Part shown: positions 29,137 through 38,242 of the stretch, in pieces
Layout of the letters: each line of letters opens with the position of its first letter
Numbering within the stretch: position 1 is the first letter of the stretch
Sequence record: NC_070956.1
Reading direction: 5' to 3' (one strand)
DNA: 64,000 nucleotides
The notes under the pieces: generated by a model
Seen by the model: only the letters and a program-made list of their open reading frames with translations
Databases searched by the model: none
Told to the model about the DNA's origin: nothing
Position numbers and translations under genes: made by a program

Positions 29137-29212
29137 TGGCGGTTCCTGCTGGACTTGAACCAGCGACATATGCATTAACAGTGCACCGTTCTACCTACTG
29201 AACTAAGGAACC
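29137..29212 (-). tRNA. trnN: tRNA-Asn(GTT)
   Basis: cloverleaf, loop CT-GTT-AA, GCCA end. Confidence 0.95.
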
Positions 29213-29218
29213 TGAATA

Positions 29219-29294
<76 letters not shown>

Positions 29295-29327
29295 GATGTC
29301 GTACCAAGGGTACGACGTACTGGACTT

Positions 29328-29528
29328 TCAACCAGCATTAAAAGAACCTAAGATCAAACCACGGACATTGCCTATGGTTCGACCAATCAAAGTGACTTCG
29401 ATGCGATCAATGGGCAAATAACCATTCGCCAGATCAATCGCTTCCGATAAGTCGACAGCTGCGATAACCACCGCGTCGTACTCGTCATAGTCCCAATCAT
29501 CGGTTCTTTCAACTTTATAGATGTTCAT
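29328..29528 (-). CDS. small hypothetical protein (66 aa)
   Basis: MNIYKVERTDDWDYDEYDAVVIAA...; GGAG RBS; similar to the product of 54663-54926. Confidence 0.7.
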   Translation of the reverse strand: MNIYKVERTDDWDYDEYDAVVIAAVDLSEAIDLANGYLPIDRIEVTLIGRTIGNVRGLILGSFNAG

Positions 29529-29598
29529 ATCGACAGTCTCCGTTGTTAGCGATTTGGCCTTCCAACGTACTACCAGCAATATCGAACATCTTGCATAA

Positions 29599-29743
29599 CA
29601 ATGAGTTTCCCAGAGTTTGACATTTTCTATCCATCATGGTCCCCGAGACCGGATTTCGGGACGCGCCGATGCTACTTCGATTCTAGACCGAAGTGTAATG
29701 GTGTTTTTTACTATTCGGGGGTTTCTGTCAAACCACTTCATTG
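29599..29743 (-). ncRNA. structured small RNA, unit 1 of a tandem pair
   Basis: CAATGAAGT...CTGGGAAACTCATTG ends; inner stem GTTTGACA/TGTCAAAC; two internal hairpins. Confidence 0.7.
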
Positions 29744-29752
29744 TTTATTTAT

Positions 29753-29891
29753 CAATGAGTTTCCCAGGGTGTAGAGTATTTTATCCGCTGCGGGCAGGCC
29801 AGGTGGGTCTTCGGGGCGCACCCACAGTTGGCTCAAGAGAGCTGCCTTGTGTTTTGGCGACTGGCCTTTATTTCTCTACACTACTTCATTG
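29753..29891 (-). ncRNA. structured small RNA, unit 2 of a tandem pair
   Basis: same conserved ends; inner stem GTGTAGAG/CTCTACAC is compensatory relative to unit 1. Confidence 0.7.
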
Positions 29892-30628
29892 AAAGGTGTT
29901 AGCTGTTTCTCTCTTGGAGCCCAGCATCGTCACCAGGATAAAACCTTTGTGTGACAACACTCAATTAACACCTATATCATTGTGACACCTTCTCGGTGTG
30001 ATACATAGTCGATCACCGCATTGGTTAGATCCCTGATGGACGACTGGACGCTGCGTATAGCAGTGTTTGTCTCCTAGGTGGGTATCGCCAGCACCGTGTC
30101 GGCTATAGGATGTGATCACACGAGGAAACCAGAGGGATGTCCAACCCTTTTCAGTTACATGTGATCACGAAAGCTGTTGTTAACAAAGTATAATAACTTG
30201 TTGTTACTAAATACTTTTCAATTGGCTCTCTTTGAAAGCTAATAGAAAAGAGGTCTTCACAAACCGTATGGAAGACCTTTGAAAAATGTAAAGGATTAAC
30301 AATGAAAAATAAACCAACCATACACGAAAGCCAACACCAATGACCTTCTATATAAACTCTCATTAAAGAGCATATATAGAAAGGGGGTAGGAAGACTACC
30401 CCGCGGGTAAAAGCAATAACCCAAGAACGTGCAGATATTGAAAGCGGGAGCTTTCTTGATAATGACTCTTGGGTGAATCAGTATTAAGAAAGCAAGGGAT
30501 AAAGCTGCGCACAAAATCCCTTTGCTTGTATTACGTAGGAGTTTATTCAATGGCTTCGTTTTGACCACTGTCGCGTTCAGTAATCAAAAGGAAGCATTTT
30601 TGTACATATAATAACAGACACCCATAAC

Positions 30629-30654
30629 TTTTCAGGTAGATATTATCTACATGA
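30629..30654 (+). promoter_or_regulatory. putative early promoter with palindrome
   Basis: TTTTCAGGTAGATATTATCTACATGA; GTAGATA-T-TATCTAC palindrome at the divergence point of the RNA locus and the early array. Confidence 0.55.
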
Positions 30655-30744
30655 GAAACCCGTTGGTATCTTAATTGTATGGTACAACTGTGTGGGATTT
30701 CCTACACTATATGATTACCTCTATCATCATAAGGAAACAGAGTT

Positions 30745-31452
30745 ATGACTTTGGCTCGTGCTTTTATCGAACGTATTATCGTTCAGATCATTCTCGCCTT
30801 CATGGCGGCAAACTGGCGGAAGATGAACGAACACATCGTCATCGCCCGCGCTGCTGGTATCTCCCAAGGGATCAAAACCAAGTACCTGGGCGACTGGGGT
30901 CCGATCAGTGTCTGGCTGTCTCTCGATGGCCGGGCGTGGTCCATTTGCATCGGTACCGCGACCAACTTTATTACTTCCCGACTCACCAACGGTAACTGGG
31001 CGTTCAACCGCTCGGTAGTGGAGAACCTTTACAACCAATTTGAAGAGCGGCGTACCGAACCTCAGTTCGCTGACCTCGATACACTCCGACTCTCTATCGA
31101 TTCGTTGCTTCTGGAACTTCCGATCGTTGCCAAGCTGGGTGATCGTATCATGGGTAATACAGTCCGGGTTCTTCCCCAGCTCAACATGTCTGGCGAGTAC
31201 GCCAGGGAATTGTCGAAGTTGATCACTGTGGTATTCAATGGTAAAGTCGGTCTCCGCGGCAAGCCCTCTGGGACAATGGGCCTGGGTATCAGCCGTCTCG
31301 AACTGGGTGACGGCGTAGTCACCGGCTCAATGGTCCACCACTTCCGTGACTACTCCATGCCCTGGGAAGGGAATGCAGTGAACCGTGCTGAGGCACGTGA
31401 CGCTCTGGTCGAGGCGTTTGTGCACGCTATGACCAAACCTGAACTGAAGTAA
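30745..31452 (+). CDS. hypothetical protein
   Basis: 235 aa, AAGGA RBS, hairpin terminator at 31460-31483. Confidence 0.8.
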   Translation: MTLARAFIERIIVQIILAFMAANWRKMNEHIVIARAAGISQGIKTKYLGDWGPISVWLSLDGRAWSICIGTATNFITSRLTNGNWAFNRSVVENLYNQFEERRTEPQFADLDTLRLSIDSLLLELPIVAKLGDRIMGNTVRVLPQLNMSGEYARELSKLITVVFNGKVGLRGKPSGTMGLGISRLELGDGVVTGSMVHHFRDYSMPWEGNAVNRAEARDALVEAFVHAMTKPELK

Positions 31453-31509
31453 TCGTAACGGGGAGATCCTTCGGGGTCTCTCCGTTTATGTTTGTTAAGG
31501 GGGATATTG

Positions 31510-32220
31510 ATGACTAAAAACTATACTGAAGAACAGAAGCTCAGAACTTTGGAACTCGCCGAATTACTCAATTTTGTCCAGCTTGATAATGGCGAGCTTT
31601 TCAAAGCGATGTTCGATAACATAGTGAATGGAGGGACTAAAGAGTCGCTCATCATTAATGATTTCGTGATCAAGATGACTCGTGATAAAGGGATCTGGTT
31701 CACCTTGATTAATACTGGTGCTCGTCTGGGTGACCGGTGTATTGGTAAAACCGAAACTCTTTTTCATGTGGAGTTCAAGGATGGTAACTTGATTCCTGAT
31801 TATCTCAGACGTGTCAGGAAGATACTCAGGGCGACATATTCCTATGTCTATCGTGAGGCTTACAGCGATGCAATGGAAGAGATTCGGAAAATGAAATCTC
31901 GTCCTACCATCAGTCAACGCTTCAGACTGGCTTGGTTAAAAGCAGCACCTATTGATGTAATCTACGCCAAAGGTTATCTCAAAAAGTTGCTGAAGTTTTA
32001 CGTCTGTTACTCAATGGTCGAAAACATGGGTAAGCGTTCTATCCCCGCGATAACTGTGTCGAAACCACGTCCAGAACACTGGGACGAAAACATTTTCGGT
32101 ATTGCGGGTTTTAATCAACCCGGTAATGTACTGACGGATAAGGGTGATCCTAATAAGGGTACCAAACCGTCACCTTTAACTTTGATGGTGAGGTTGTTCG
32201 ATTCTCACTACGGATTTTAA
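31510..32220 (+). CDS. hypothetical protein
   Basis: ~236-aa ORF, AAGGGG RBS. Confidence 0.75.
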   Translation: MTKNYTEEQKLRTLELAELLNFVQLDNGELFKAMFDNIVNGGTKESLIINDFVIKMTRDKGIWFTLINTGARLGDRCIGKTETLFHVEFKDGNLIPDYLRRVRKILRATYSYVYREAYSDAMEEIRKMKSRPTISQRFRLAWLKAAPIDVIYAKGYLKKLLKFYVCYSMVENMGKRSIPAITVSKPRPEHWDENIFGIAGFNQPGNVLTDKGDPNKGTKPSPLTLMVRLFDSHYGF

Positions 32221-32237
32221 CGCAAGAGGAAATAACA

Positions 32238-33023
32238 ATGGAAACTCTGAACCATAAAGCACTCATTTGGGAACCCAATTTCAATACCTACTGTTTGGGA
32301 AGCGTCGATGTTTCTCATACTTACTACGAAGATGTGCTCATTGCGGCATTTGTTCGTCATGTACGTAAAGACATCCAGGGTTACAACAAACATATCACCG
32401 ATCTTCTCAAGTCGCTCAATCAACCTAAGGGTGGGTTGGGGATCACCATCTTTGGTGACGATCGGAACTATTTCTCGATCCATCGGGATCGGGTTAATCG
32501 TTTCACGCTGGTCTTCAAGGATAGTTACTTCGAGGAAACCTTCTGGAGACTGGGTAGTAAGGCGGAACTCTTTAATGAAGAGATCCTGGACACCATTCTC
32601 GCTGACAGGGAGATCAATCTCTTTGAACTTCTGGCGTCGACTAAGGCGTTGTTGACAGCTCGGAACTTCTCTGAAGGTTTCGATCAACTCAAACGCCCTA
32701 AGTGGTACAAACGTCTCAAAGGTGATGTGATCACTCATGAGCTTGAGGGGGCTTCTTGTGGCGGACTCTTCAAGGTAGTGGTGCGTCAGGTCCATCCACT
32801 GTTGGATGACACCCAGAACGTTATCGAAGTTCACATGAAGCATGACGTCTTCACGGCTTCGACAGATCTCATCAAGGGAGGTAATGCCCGTTACACTTCT
32901 TCTCCTATTCTTGGTGAACTCACTGAAGAGATTCTCAACCAGACCATAGCTAGGATTCAAGCACCGATGTTGGTGGGAACTCCTTTCTTGCCAGGTCTGG
33001 CTGCTGACTTTTATTACGATTAA
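32238..33023 (+). CDS. hypothetical protein
   Basis: 261 aa, GAGGA RBS, GGGGTC-TTCG-GACCCC terminator. Confidence 0.78.
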   Translation: METLNHKALIWEPNFNTYCLGSVDVSHTYYEDVLIAAFVRHVRKDIQGYNKHITDLLKSLNQPKGGLGITIFGDDRNYFSIHRDRVNRFTLVFKDSYFEETFWRLGSKAELFNEEILDTILADREINLFELLASTKALLTARNFSEGFDQLKRPKWYKRLKGDVITHELEGASCGGLFKVVVRQVHPLLDDTQNVIEVHMKHDVFTASTDLIKGGNARYTSSPILGELTEEILNQTIARIQAPMLVGTPFLPGLAADFYYD

Positions 33024-33248
33024 CACAAGGGGTCTTCGGACCCCTAAACTTTTTATTTAACTGGTCATGTTTTTATATGTATAAGAACGAAATTCCATTC
33101 TTAGCAGATCCTTAGGGAATGGGGTAGGGGGCTTTACTCAGTTGACCGGTTAGGTCCAGTTGAAACAATTACTATAAATAGCGTTATGAACGAAGTGAAT
33201 AACAGCTACTAATCTTTAATCAGTAGTCTTTATCTTTAAGGAGGGATT

Positions 33249-33599
33249 ATGAGTGAAAAATATATCACTCCTGAACAATTGAAAATTATTGAGAAATCAA
33301 GTTTTCATAAACTCAATCAAAACGATTTAATCAAGTTAGGTTGTACTTATGAAGGGGAATTAGATTTACGAGACGTTTCAGTAAGAATGATGGAATGGCG
33401 TAAAGAACACAATAATGAAATACCACCCCATCATCTCTGGTTAGTTTTAGAGGCTTCGCAAGAAGCGCATGCACAGATTTATTTTTCATGTGGTGGTATC
33501 GATCCTAGGAAAAAGAAACCAGAAACAACCACTCCATGGGCATTAATCATCATGATGGTACTCTGGTCTATTGGTATGATTATAGGTGGTATGAAATAA
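33249..33599 (+). CDS. hypothetical protein with C-terminal TM helix
   Basis: 116 aa, AT-rich, AGGAGG RBS. Confidence 0.7.
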   Translation: MSEKYITPEQLKIIEKSSFHKLNQNDLIKLGCTYEGELDLRDVSVRMMEWRKEHNNEIPPHHLWLVLEASQEAHAQIYFSCGGIDPRKKKPETTTPWALIIMMVLWSIGMIIGGMK

Positions 33600-33609
33600 G
33601 GAGAAGGGT

Positions 33610-33717
33610 ATGAAACTTGAAGAAACTAAAGCTGAAGAATGTCGTGTGTTATTGTGGGCCGGTATCTTGGGTGTTGTCGGTTGTGCAACCTTTGCCTATT
33701 TCCGTTGGTTCTATTAG
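33610..33717 (+). CDS. small membrane protein (35 aa; not in ORF track)
   Basis: AAGGAG RBS; MKLEETKAEECRVLLWAGILGVVGCATFAYFRWFY. Confidence 0.55.
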   Translation: MKLEETKAEECRVLLWAGILGVVGCATFAYFRWFY

Positions 33718-33725
33718 GAGTCACT

Positions 33726-34220
33726 ATGAAAATTATCGAAACAGCTATTTCCCTCTGCTTATCCGCAAGACAGTTCGCCAATACCAAGGTCTCTGTTGGT
33801 ATGTGTGAAATGGATCTCCGGATGGAATTCCCCGTAAACGTGAACTGTAAGGTCAAGATTCACTTCTTTAAGGGGAGTGTGGAGCGTACTGTTCATGTAG
33901 GGATCTACAACGGAGATGACGTACTGGAAGAAGGTTACAATGAAACAGTAACAATTCTCACTGAACGAGATCTCAAAGCTGTCATAGAAACGGCCATTTG
34001 TTCTTGGATGGTTTACAAACTCGATTGCATGATCGAGAAAGGGATCCTGAAGAAGAACACACTCAAACCGTTTGATATCTGTAAGGATCCGATCTACGAA
34101 ACCATGAAGCGTTGCTATGCAGGTCCTGATGACCTGGAAGACCGGATTAACGAATGGAACAAATTGGGGTTGAACAAAACCCTGATGGAGATTCTGGAAC
34201 TGACACACGACGATGTGTAA
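33726..34220 (+). CDS. hypothetical protein
   Basis: AGGAG RBS before ATG 33726. Confidence 0.72.
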   Translation: MKIIETAISLCLSARQFANTKVSVGMCEMDLRMEFPVNVNCKVKIHFFKGSVERTVHVGIYNGDDVLEEGYNETVTILTERDLKAVIETAICSWMVYKLDCMIEKGILKKNTLKPFDICKDPIYETMKRCYAGPDDLEDRINEWNKLGLNKTLMEILELTHDDV

Positions 34221-34231
34221 GGAGATGTGGT

Positions 34232-34501
34232 TTGCGGACATTAAGAAAAGAAACATCTGATCATATTAAAGCTGGTTTGGATAAGGCCGATCACGGTCAC
34301 GATTATCACTTCCAGATCATGGGGCACCAGTGGCGCTTGAAGAAGTGGTTTGGTGAGATCAGACTTTGTAAAGTAGCAACCAACCCGTCTGGGATGGAGA
34401 TCACTTCATTCGCTTGTTACTCTGGTAAGGGGTACAAGCAGTATCGGGAAAATGTTATTTCCGGTTTCACTAACCATGTAGCACGAATTCAAGGATTCTA
34501 A
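34232..34501 (+). CDS. hypothetical protein (probable TTG start)
   Basis: AAGGAG 7 nt before an in-frame TTG. Confidence 0.55.
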   Translation: MRTLRKETSDHIKAGLDKADHGHDYHFQIMGHQWRLKKWFGEIRLCKVATNPSGMEITSFACYSGKGYKQYRENVISGFTNHVARIQGF

Positions 34502-34502
34502 C

Positions 34503-35042
34503 ATGATGAAAGATATGAACACTGGGTGGGTCCACGGACTCACCGAATTCGCTGATGCGGTTAAACGCATTCACAGTCGCGTCCACTACTATCCGATTCA
34601 GAAGTTTCACGAATGTGTGACTGACTTCGGTAGTAAAGTTGTTTTCGACACCTTGATCGGAATCGATCTGATTTTCAAGTATGCGAATCGGAACGATCAG
34701 TACTACATCGATGTAAGCTATCGTTGTGGTCGATCCAATACCGAGCTCTTCCTCTGCACTGTTCATTGGAAACCAATGTACACCAAGAAGATGATCATGT
34801 CATCCGTAATCAAAGCCATGGCAAAGGTCATGTGGGATCGGATGTATGCCCAGAGAACACTCTCTCTTAAAGAGGGCGCTCTCGACGTCAGGACGTTACT
34901 TGAAACCCCTGATCTGGATAAAGATATCAAACAGGTAGTGATCATTGAATCCCAAAAGAGGTTCACTGATTACTCGATGATGGCGCTTCGCTATCACACC
35001 GACTTCACCCCACTTTCCAGCATACCGGTGTTTATCGGTTAA
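34503..35042 (+). CDS. hypothetical protein
   Basis: 179-aa ORF, tightly packed. Confidence 0.75.
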   Translation: MMKDMNTGWVHGLTEFADAVKRIHSRVHYYPIQKFHECVTDFGSKVVFDTLIGIDLIFKYANRNDQYYIDVSYRCGRSNTELFLCTVHWKPMYTKKMIMSSVIKAMAKVMWDRMYAQRTLSLKEGALDVRTLLETPDLDKDIKQVVIIESQKRFTDYSMMALRYHTDFTPLSSIPVFIG

Positions 35043-35051
35043 GGAGAAATA

Positions 35052-35414
35052 ATGGTTAAACGTTTCTTTCAAGTTATCTTTGGTCTTTGCATCCTTTCCC
35101 TTGGGCTGATGTCAGGTGCTAAGTTGTGGTTCATTTACGAAGATGCGACCGTACCTACCACTTACACCGTTGCCGAGTGTTACTACGATAACGACTATAA
35201 GTGCGACTATCGTAAACCGAATGGCCGGTACATGACTGAGACCTATGGTCGTCAAGTCTGGAAAGATGTCAAAGTACTGGAAGGTAAGCAAGTCAATATG
35301 ACCACTCCGGTTAAAGGTACCGACATTGTCTTGGGAGGAGCTATGGCTATCTTCTTCACGGTGTTAGGTTGCTATTGTATCTATGTTGCTTTCAAGAGAG
35401 AAGGTAAATCTTAA
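35052..35414 (+). CDS. two-TM membrane protein
   Basis: N- and C-terminal hydrophobic helices flanking a Cys-pair domain; AAGGAG RBS. Confidence 0.72.
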   Translation: MVKRFFQVIFGLCILSLGLMSGAKLWFIYEDATVPTTYTVAECYYDNDYKCDYRKPNGRYMTETYGRQVWKDVKVLEGKQVNMTTPVKGTDIVLGGAMAIFFTVLGCYCIYVAFKREGKS

Positions 35415-35519
35415 ACTAGAAATATATATTATGTCTCAAGATTTCATCTTCTCTTCATTTTCTTCTTAATCTCTTATTTACTGAATCATACTTTTGATTT
35501 GGTTTATGGGGGATAAAGG

Positions 35520-35550
35520 GGGCAATGAAGGTCGAAGGGCAATGAAGGTC
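35520..35550 (+). repeat. tandem direct repeat GGGCAATGAAGGTC x2 (17-nt period) in a non-coding island
   Basis: exact 14-nt copies at 35520-35533 and 35537-35550. Confidence 0.85.
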
Positions 35551-35753
35551 AAGGGATCAAAGACCAAAGAAGAAGGCCGGGCGAAGCCCTATTTATCTTA
35601 ATTAATAGTGAAACTAGAAATAGAGATAAAGATAAGGATACTAGAGAGAACTGTTTATAGTGATCGACAGTATGCTTGGAAGGGGGTCCGGGGGAAACCA
35701 ATTTGAAAACTAATTACTAACTCACCTGGGTATATCCTGGGTGGGTTAGGGTT

Positions 35754-36104
35754 ATGTCTGTTGATAAGGAGTATACCATGAGGTATGAAAACTTTAAGGA
35801 AATATTAGAAACGTTTCCTCACTGTTATTACAACAACGATTGTTCGTTGATCATCACGAAGGTTCCGAGAGATATTCCCGGTTACTACAAACTCGATTTG
35901 ACCAACAACCAAGATTTCCGTCACGATATCAGTGGTAGTCACTACATCACTTATTCGTATATCACTGACATGAACGGTGATAAAACCATAGAAGTCTTCT
36001 TTGGCGATAATGCTGACGAAGATGCGTACTTGACCAAGCATAAACATCTGTGCGGTCACCCACAAGAAATCCTGCAATCACTAGAAGAACGGAGAATACC
36101 ATGA
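35754..36104 (+). CDS. hypothetical protein
   Basis: ORF; start 35754 or 35778 (AAGGAG). Confidence 0.7.
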   Translation: MSVDKEYTMRYENFKEILETFPHCYYNNDCSLIITKVPRDIPGYYKLDLTNNQDFRHDISGSHYITYSYITDMNGDKTIEVFFGDNADEDAYLTKHKHLCGHPQEILQSLEERRIP

Positions 36105-36766
36105 ACATTAAAGACGCACTGGTTCAACTGCGTGAGTACACCTATCAGGTCCGTCATGTGAATCGTCAACTCCAAGGGGAAGTTGCTGAGTTCTCTATGG
36201 AAGAACTCCAGCGAGCACTTGACAATGTCAAAGAAGAACGTGAAGACATCCTGTTTGGTGTGGGGTGTGGGAAACGTGTATTCTGGTGGGAAGGGCCAGT
36301 TTATTTACAGTTGGTAGCACTTCGTGCTGCTTGGGATAATAACACTGTTGGAGCGGATGAACTCTTCCAGGGCATTAAGCTGATATCTGAGCATCCTCTT
36401 TTCAAAGAGATGCTGGAACACAGTGTCCCCTTCAACAGCAAGAAGATTTTCAATGCAGCTATGTCACGAGACGAAGCCGCAGAAATCATTCTTCATTTGT
36501 TCAAGAACGGTAATACTAATTCCGAACACCACATTCCGTACTTCGCTGTACTTCAACAGGACATCCCTGATATGTGCAGACGGCTGGGATTGGGTAAGAT
36601 GGATTACGAAGAGTTGTGGTCCGAACTCACTTTCCCCACCAGTATGTGCCGGGGAGATTATTACGTTAACTGTGCACTGCCTGTATTGGAATTCATGAAG
36701 CGTAAACAACTTCGTGAATCCATCGCCGCATCCAAAGATCAAACTTTCACCCAAGAGGAACTGTAA
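36101..36766 (+). CDS. hypothetical protein
   Basis: GGAG RBS before ATG 36101. Confidence 0.75.
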   Translation: MNIKDALVQLREYTYQVRHVNRQLQGEVAEFSMEELQRALDNVKEEREDILFGVGCGKRVFWWEGPVYLQLVALRAAWDNNTVGADELFQGIKLISEHPLFKEMLEHSVPFNSKKIFNAAMSRDEAAEIILHLFKNGNTNSEHHIPYFAVLQQDIPDMCRRLGLGKMDYEELWSELTFPTSMCRGDYYVNCALPVLEFMKRKQLRESIAASKDQTFTQEEL

Positions 36767-37500
36767 TGAACACTATGAAACCTGGCGTATTCACTGCCCA
36801 ACGTGATGACATGATCAACTTCGTTCGCCGTGTACTGTCTGACCTGGGTCGGATGGGTCCTAACGATCGTGTTAGCAAGTACATGCCACTCCCAAACAAC
36901 TTCGTCCTGCGTTGCGTTGTGGAACTGGAAGAAGATACGTCCGGTAACATCTGGTTGGATGCATTCGGTCCGACACAACACGTAGGGATGATAACTCCTG
37001 AAGGTGTTCGTGATATTGGTCTGAATGAGCAGAGTCTCAATGAGTTTGCAGATGCCGCTGTTGATGCGTTCATATGGCAGACCATCAAGGATCTGTTCAA
37101 CGCCAGCCTCAGTCTGGAAACCGATGGTACTGAGCTCGGAAATCTCCAAATGGTTGAAGAAATCAACAGGCTCTATCCAGACCTGGGGATCGAATTTACC
37201 AATAACGGTTACAACTACTATCTCCGTGACACCTTGGGTACTACGATCAAGGCCATCACCAAGATGGACAAAACACCCAAAACCGAAGTGTTGTTTGGGA
37301 TTTACTGCCCAACCGACAATGATGATGCCATCAATACCCTGTCAGGTAACGATGACAACCAACCCAGTGCTCAAAGTGATGAGTACAACTCATGGTCCTT
37401 CGAAGTCCAGAACATGGCCATCGTTGATCTTGCTTGGATCTACATGAAAGGTTGGATGGATATCCCCGACCATATCGTACTGAAAGAAGAGGAAGTGTAA
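36766..37500 (+). CDS. hypothetical protein (paralog of 39298-40011)
   Basis: 244 aa, TAATG coupling; shared A-x-VDA and YP...NG(Y/F)NY motifs. Confidence 0.78.
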   Translation: MNTMKPGVFTAQRDDMINFVRRVLSDLGRMGPNDRVSKYMPLPNNFVLRCVVELEEDTSGNIWLDAFGPTQHVGMITPEGVRDIGLNEQSLNEFADAAVDAFIWQTIKDLFNASLSLETDGTELGNLQMVEEINRLYPDLGIEFTNNGYNYYLRDTLGTTIKAITKMDKTPKTEVLFGIYCPTDNDDAINTLSGNDDNQPSAQSDEYNSWSFEVQNMAIVDLAWIYMKGWMDIPDHIVLKEEEV

Positions 37501-37868
37501 TGCAAAAGAAAACATTTCTCTCTATCATCGGGCTGTTGTTGGTAATCTCCATGTTTTTCACCAACAAGTACGCTGGTGACCAGGAGATCAAAACAACACT
37601 GATAGGGTGTGAACAAACCGAAGACCCGTTGTCCGGTCAACCCGCTAACTTCTGTGAGTGGAAAGGTCACGGCTATTTCAACCGTGCTGAAGTCAGTGAT
37701 ATTGAATACCAGTACAACATCAAGCGTGTCGGTAGTCAAGATGTCGTTGTGATCGAAAACCCGAAAGCCTGGGTGTTCTATATCAACGTCATGATGGTAA
37801 TTGTCATGGGGATCTATCTCATGGGTCGTCAGCAGGAGGAAGAAGATGTATCACATTACCCGGATTGA
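37500..37868 (+). CDS. two-TM membrane protein
   Basis: TAATG coupling; hydrophobic termini and a Cys pair. Confidence 0.72.
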   Translation: MQKKTFLSIIGLLLVISMFFTNKYAGDQEIKTTLIGCEQTEDPLSGQPANFCEWKGHGYFNRAEVSDIEYQYNIKRVGSQDVVVIENPKAWVFYINVMMVIVMGIYLMGRQQEEEDVSHYPD

Positions 37869-38232
37869 TGTTTGTGACCTCACTTACAAACTCATTAAAC
37901 ACCTGGCCTGTGATACATACATCATGGGTGACGGTCTTGTCATTGGTGAACTAACAGGAGTGATTTTGAACCCAGGAGCTGATCTGGGTTTCTATCCTCC
38001 CCAGGGTACCAAGATGGAACTCAAACTGACCGTGAAGGATGACAACCAGGATCCGGAGATCCGGGGATGGTCCGGTTGGTTTGCTTTCCAACGACAAGAC
38101 GCTCCCGATCCTACAGCCCTGGTGGTGATCGCTGGTGTTATCGACAAACAGGATAACGAACTTATCCGAACTGTCCAACAACGTGATGATCACAACCAGT
38201 TCTTCTTTGCTAAGAAAAAGAACTTCCATTAA
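37846..38232 (+). CDS. hypothetical protein
   Basis: AGGAGG RBS before ATG 37846. Confidence 0.7.
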   Translation: MYHITRIDVCDLTYKLIKHLACDTYIMGDGLVIGELTGVILNPGADLGFYPPQGTKMELKLTVKDDNQDPEIRGWSGWFAFQRQDAPDPTALVVIAGVIDKQDNELIRTVQQRDDHNQFFFAKKKNFH

Positions 38233-38242
38233 GGAGAGGTAA

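Noticed and set aside
29599-29891. CRISPR array, retron msr-msd or hammerhead ribozyme
   Set aside because: Only two units with long structured interiors; no cas or reverse transcriptase gene in the window; no CUGAUGA core to accompany GAAAC.
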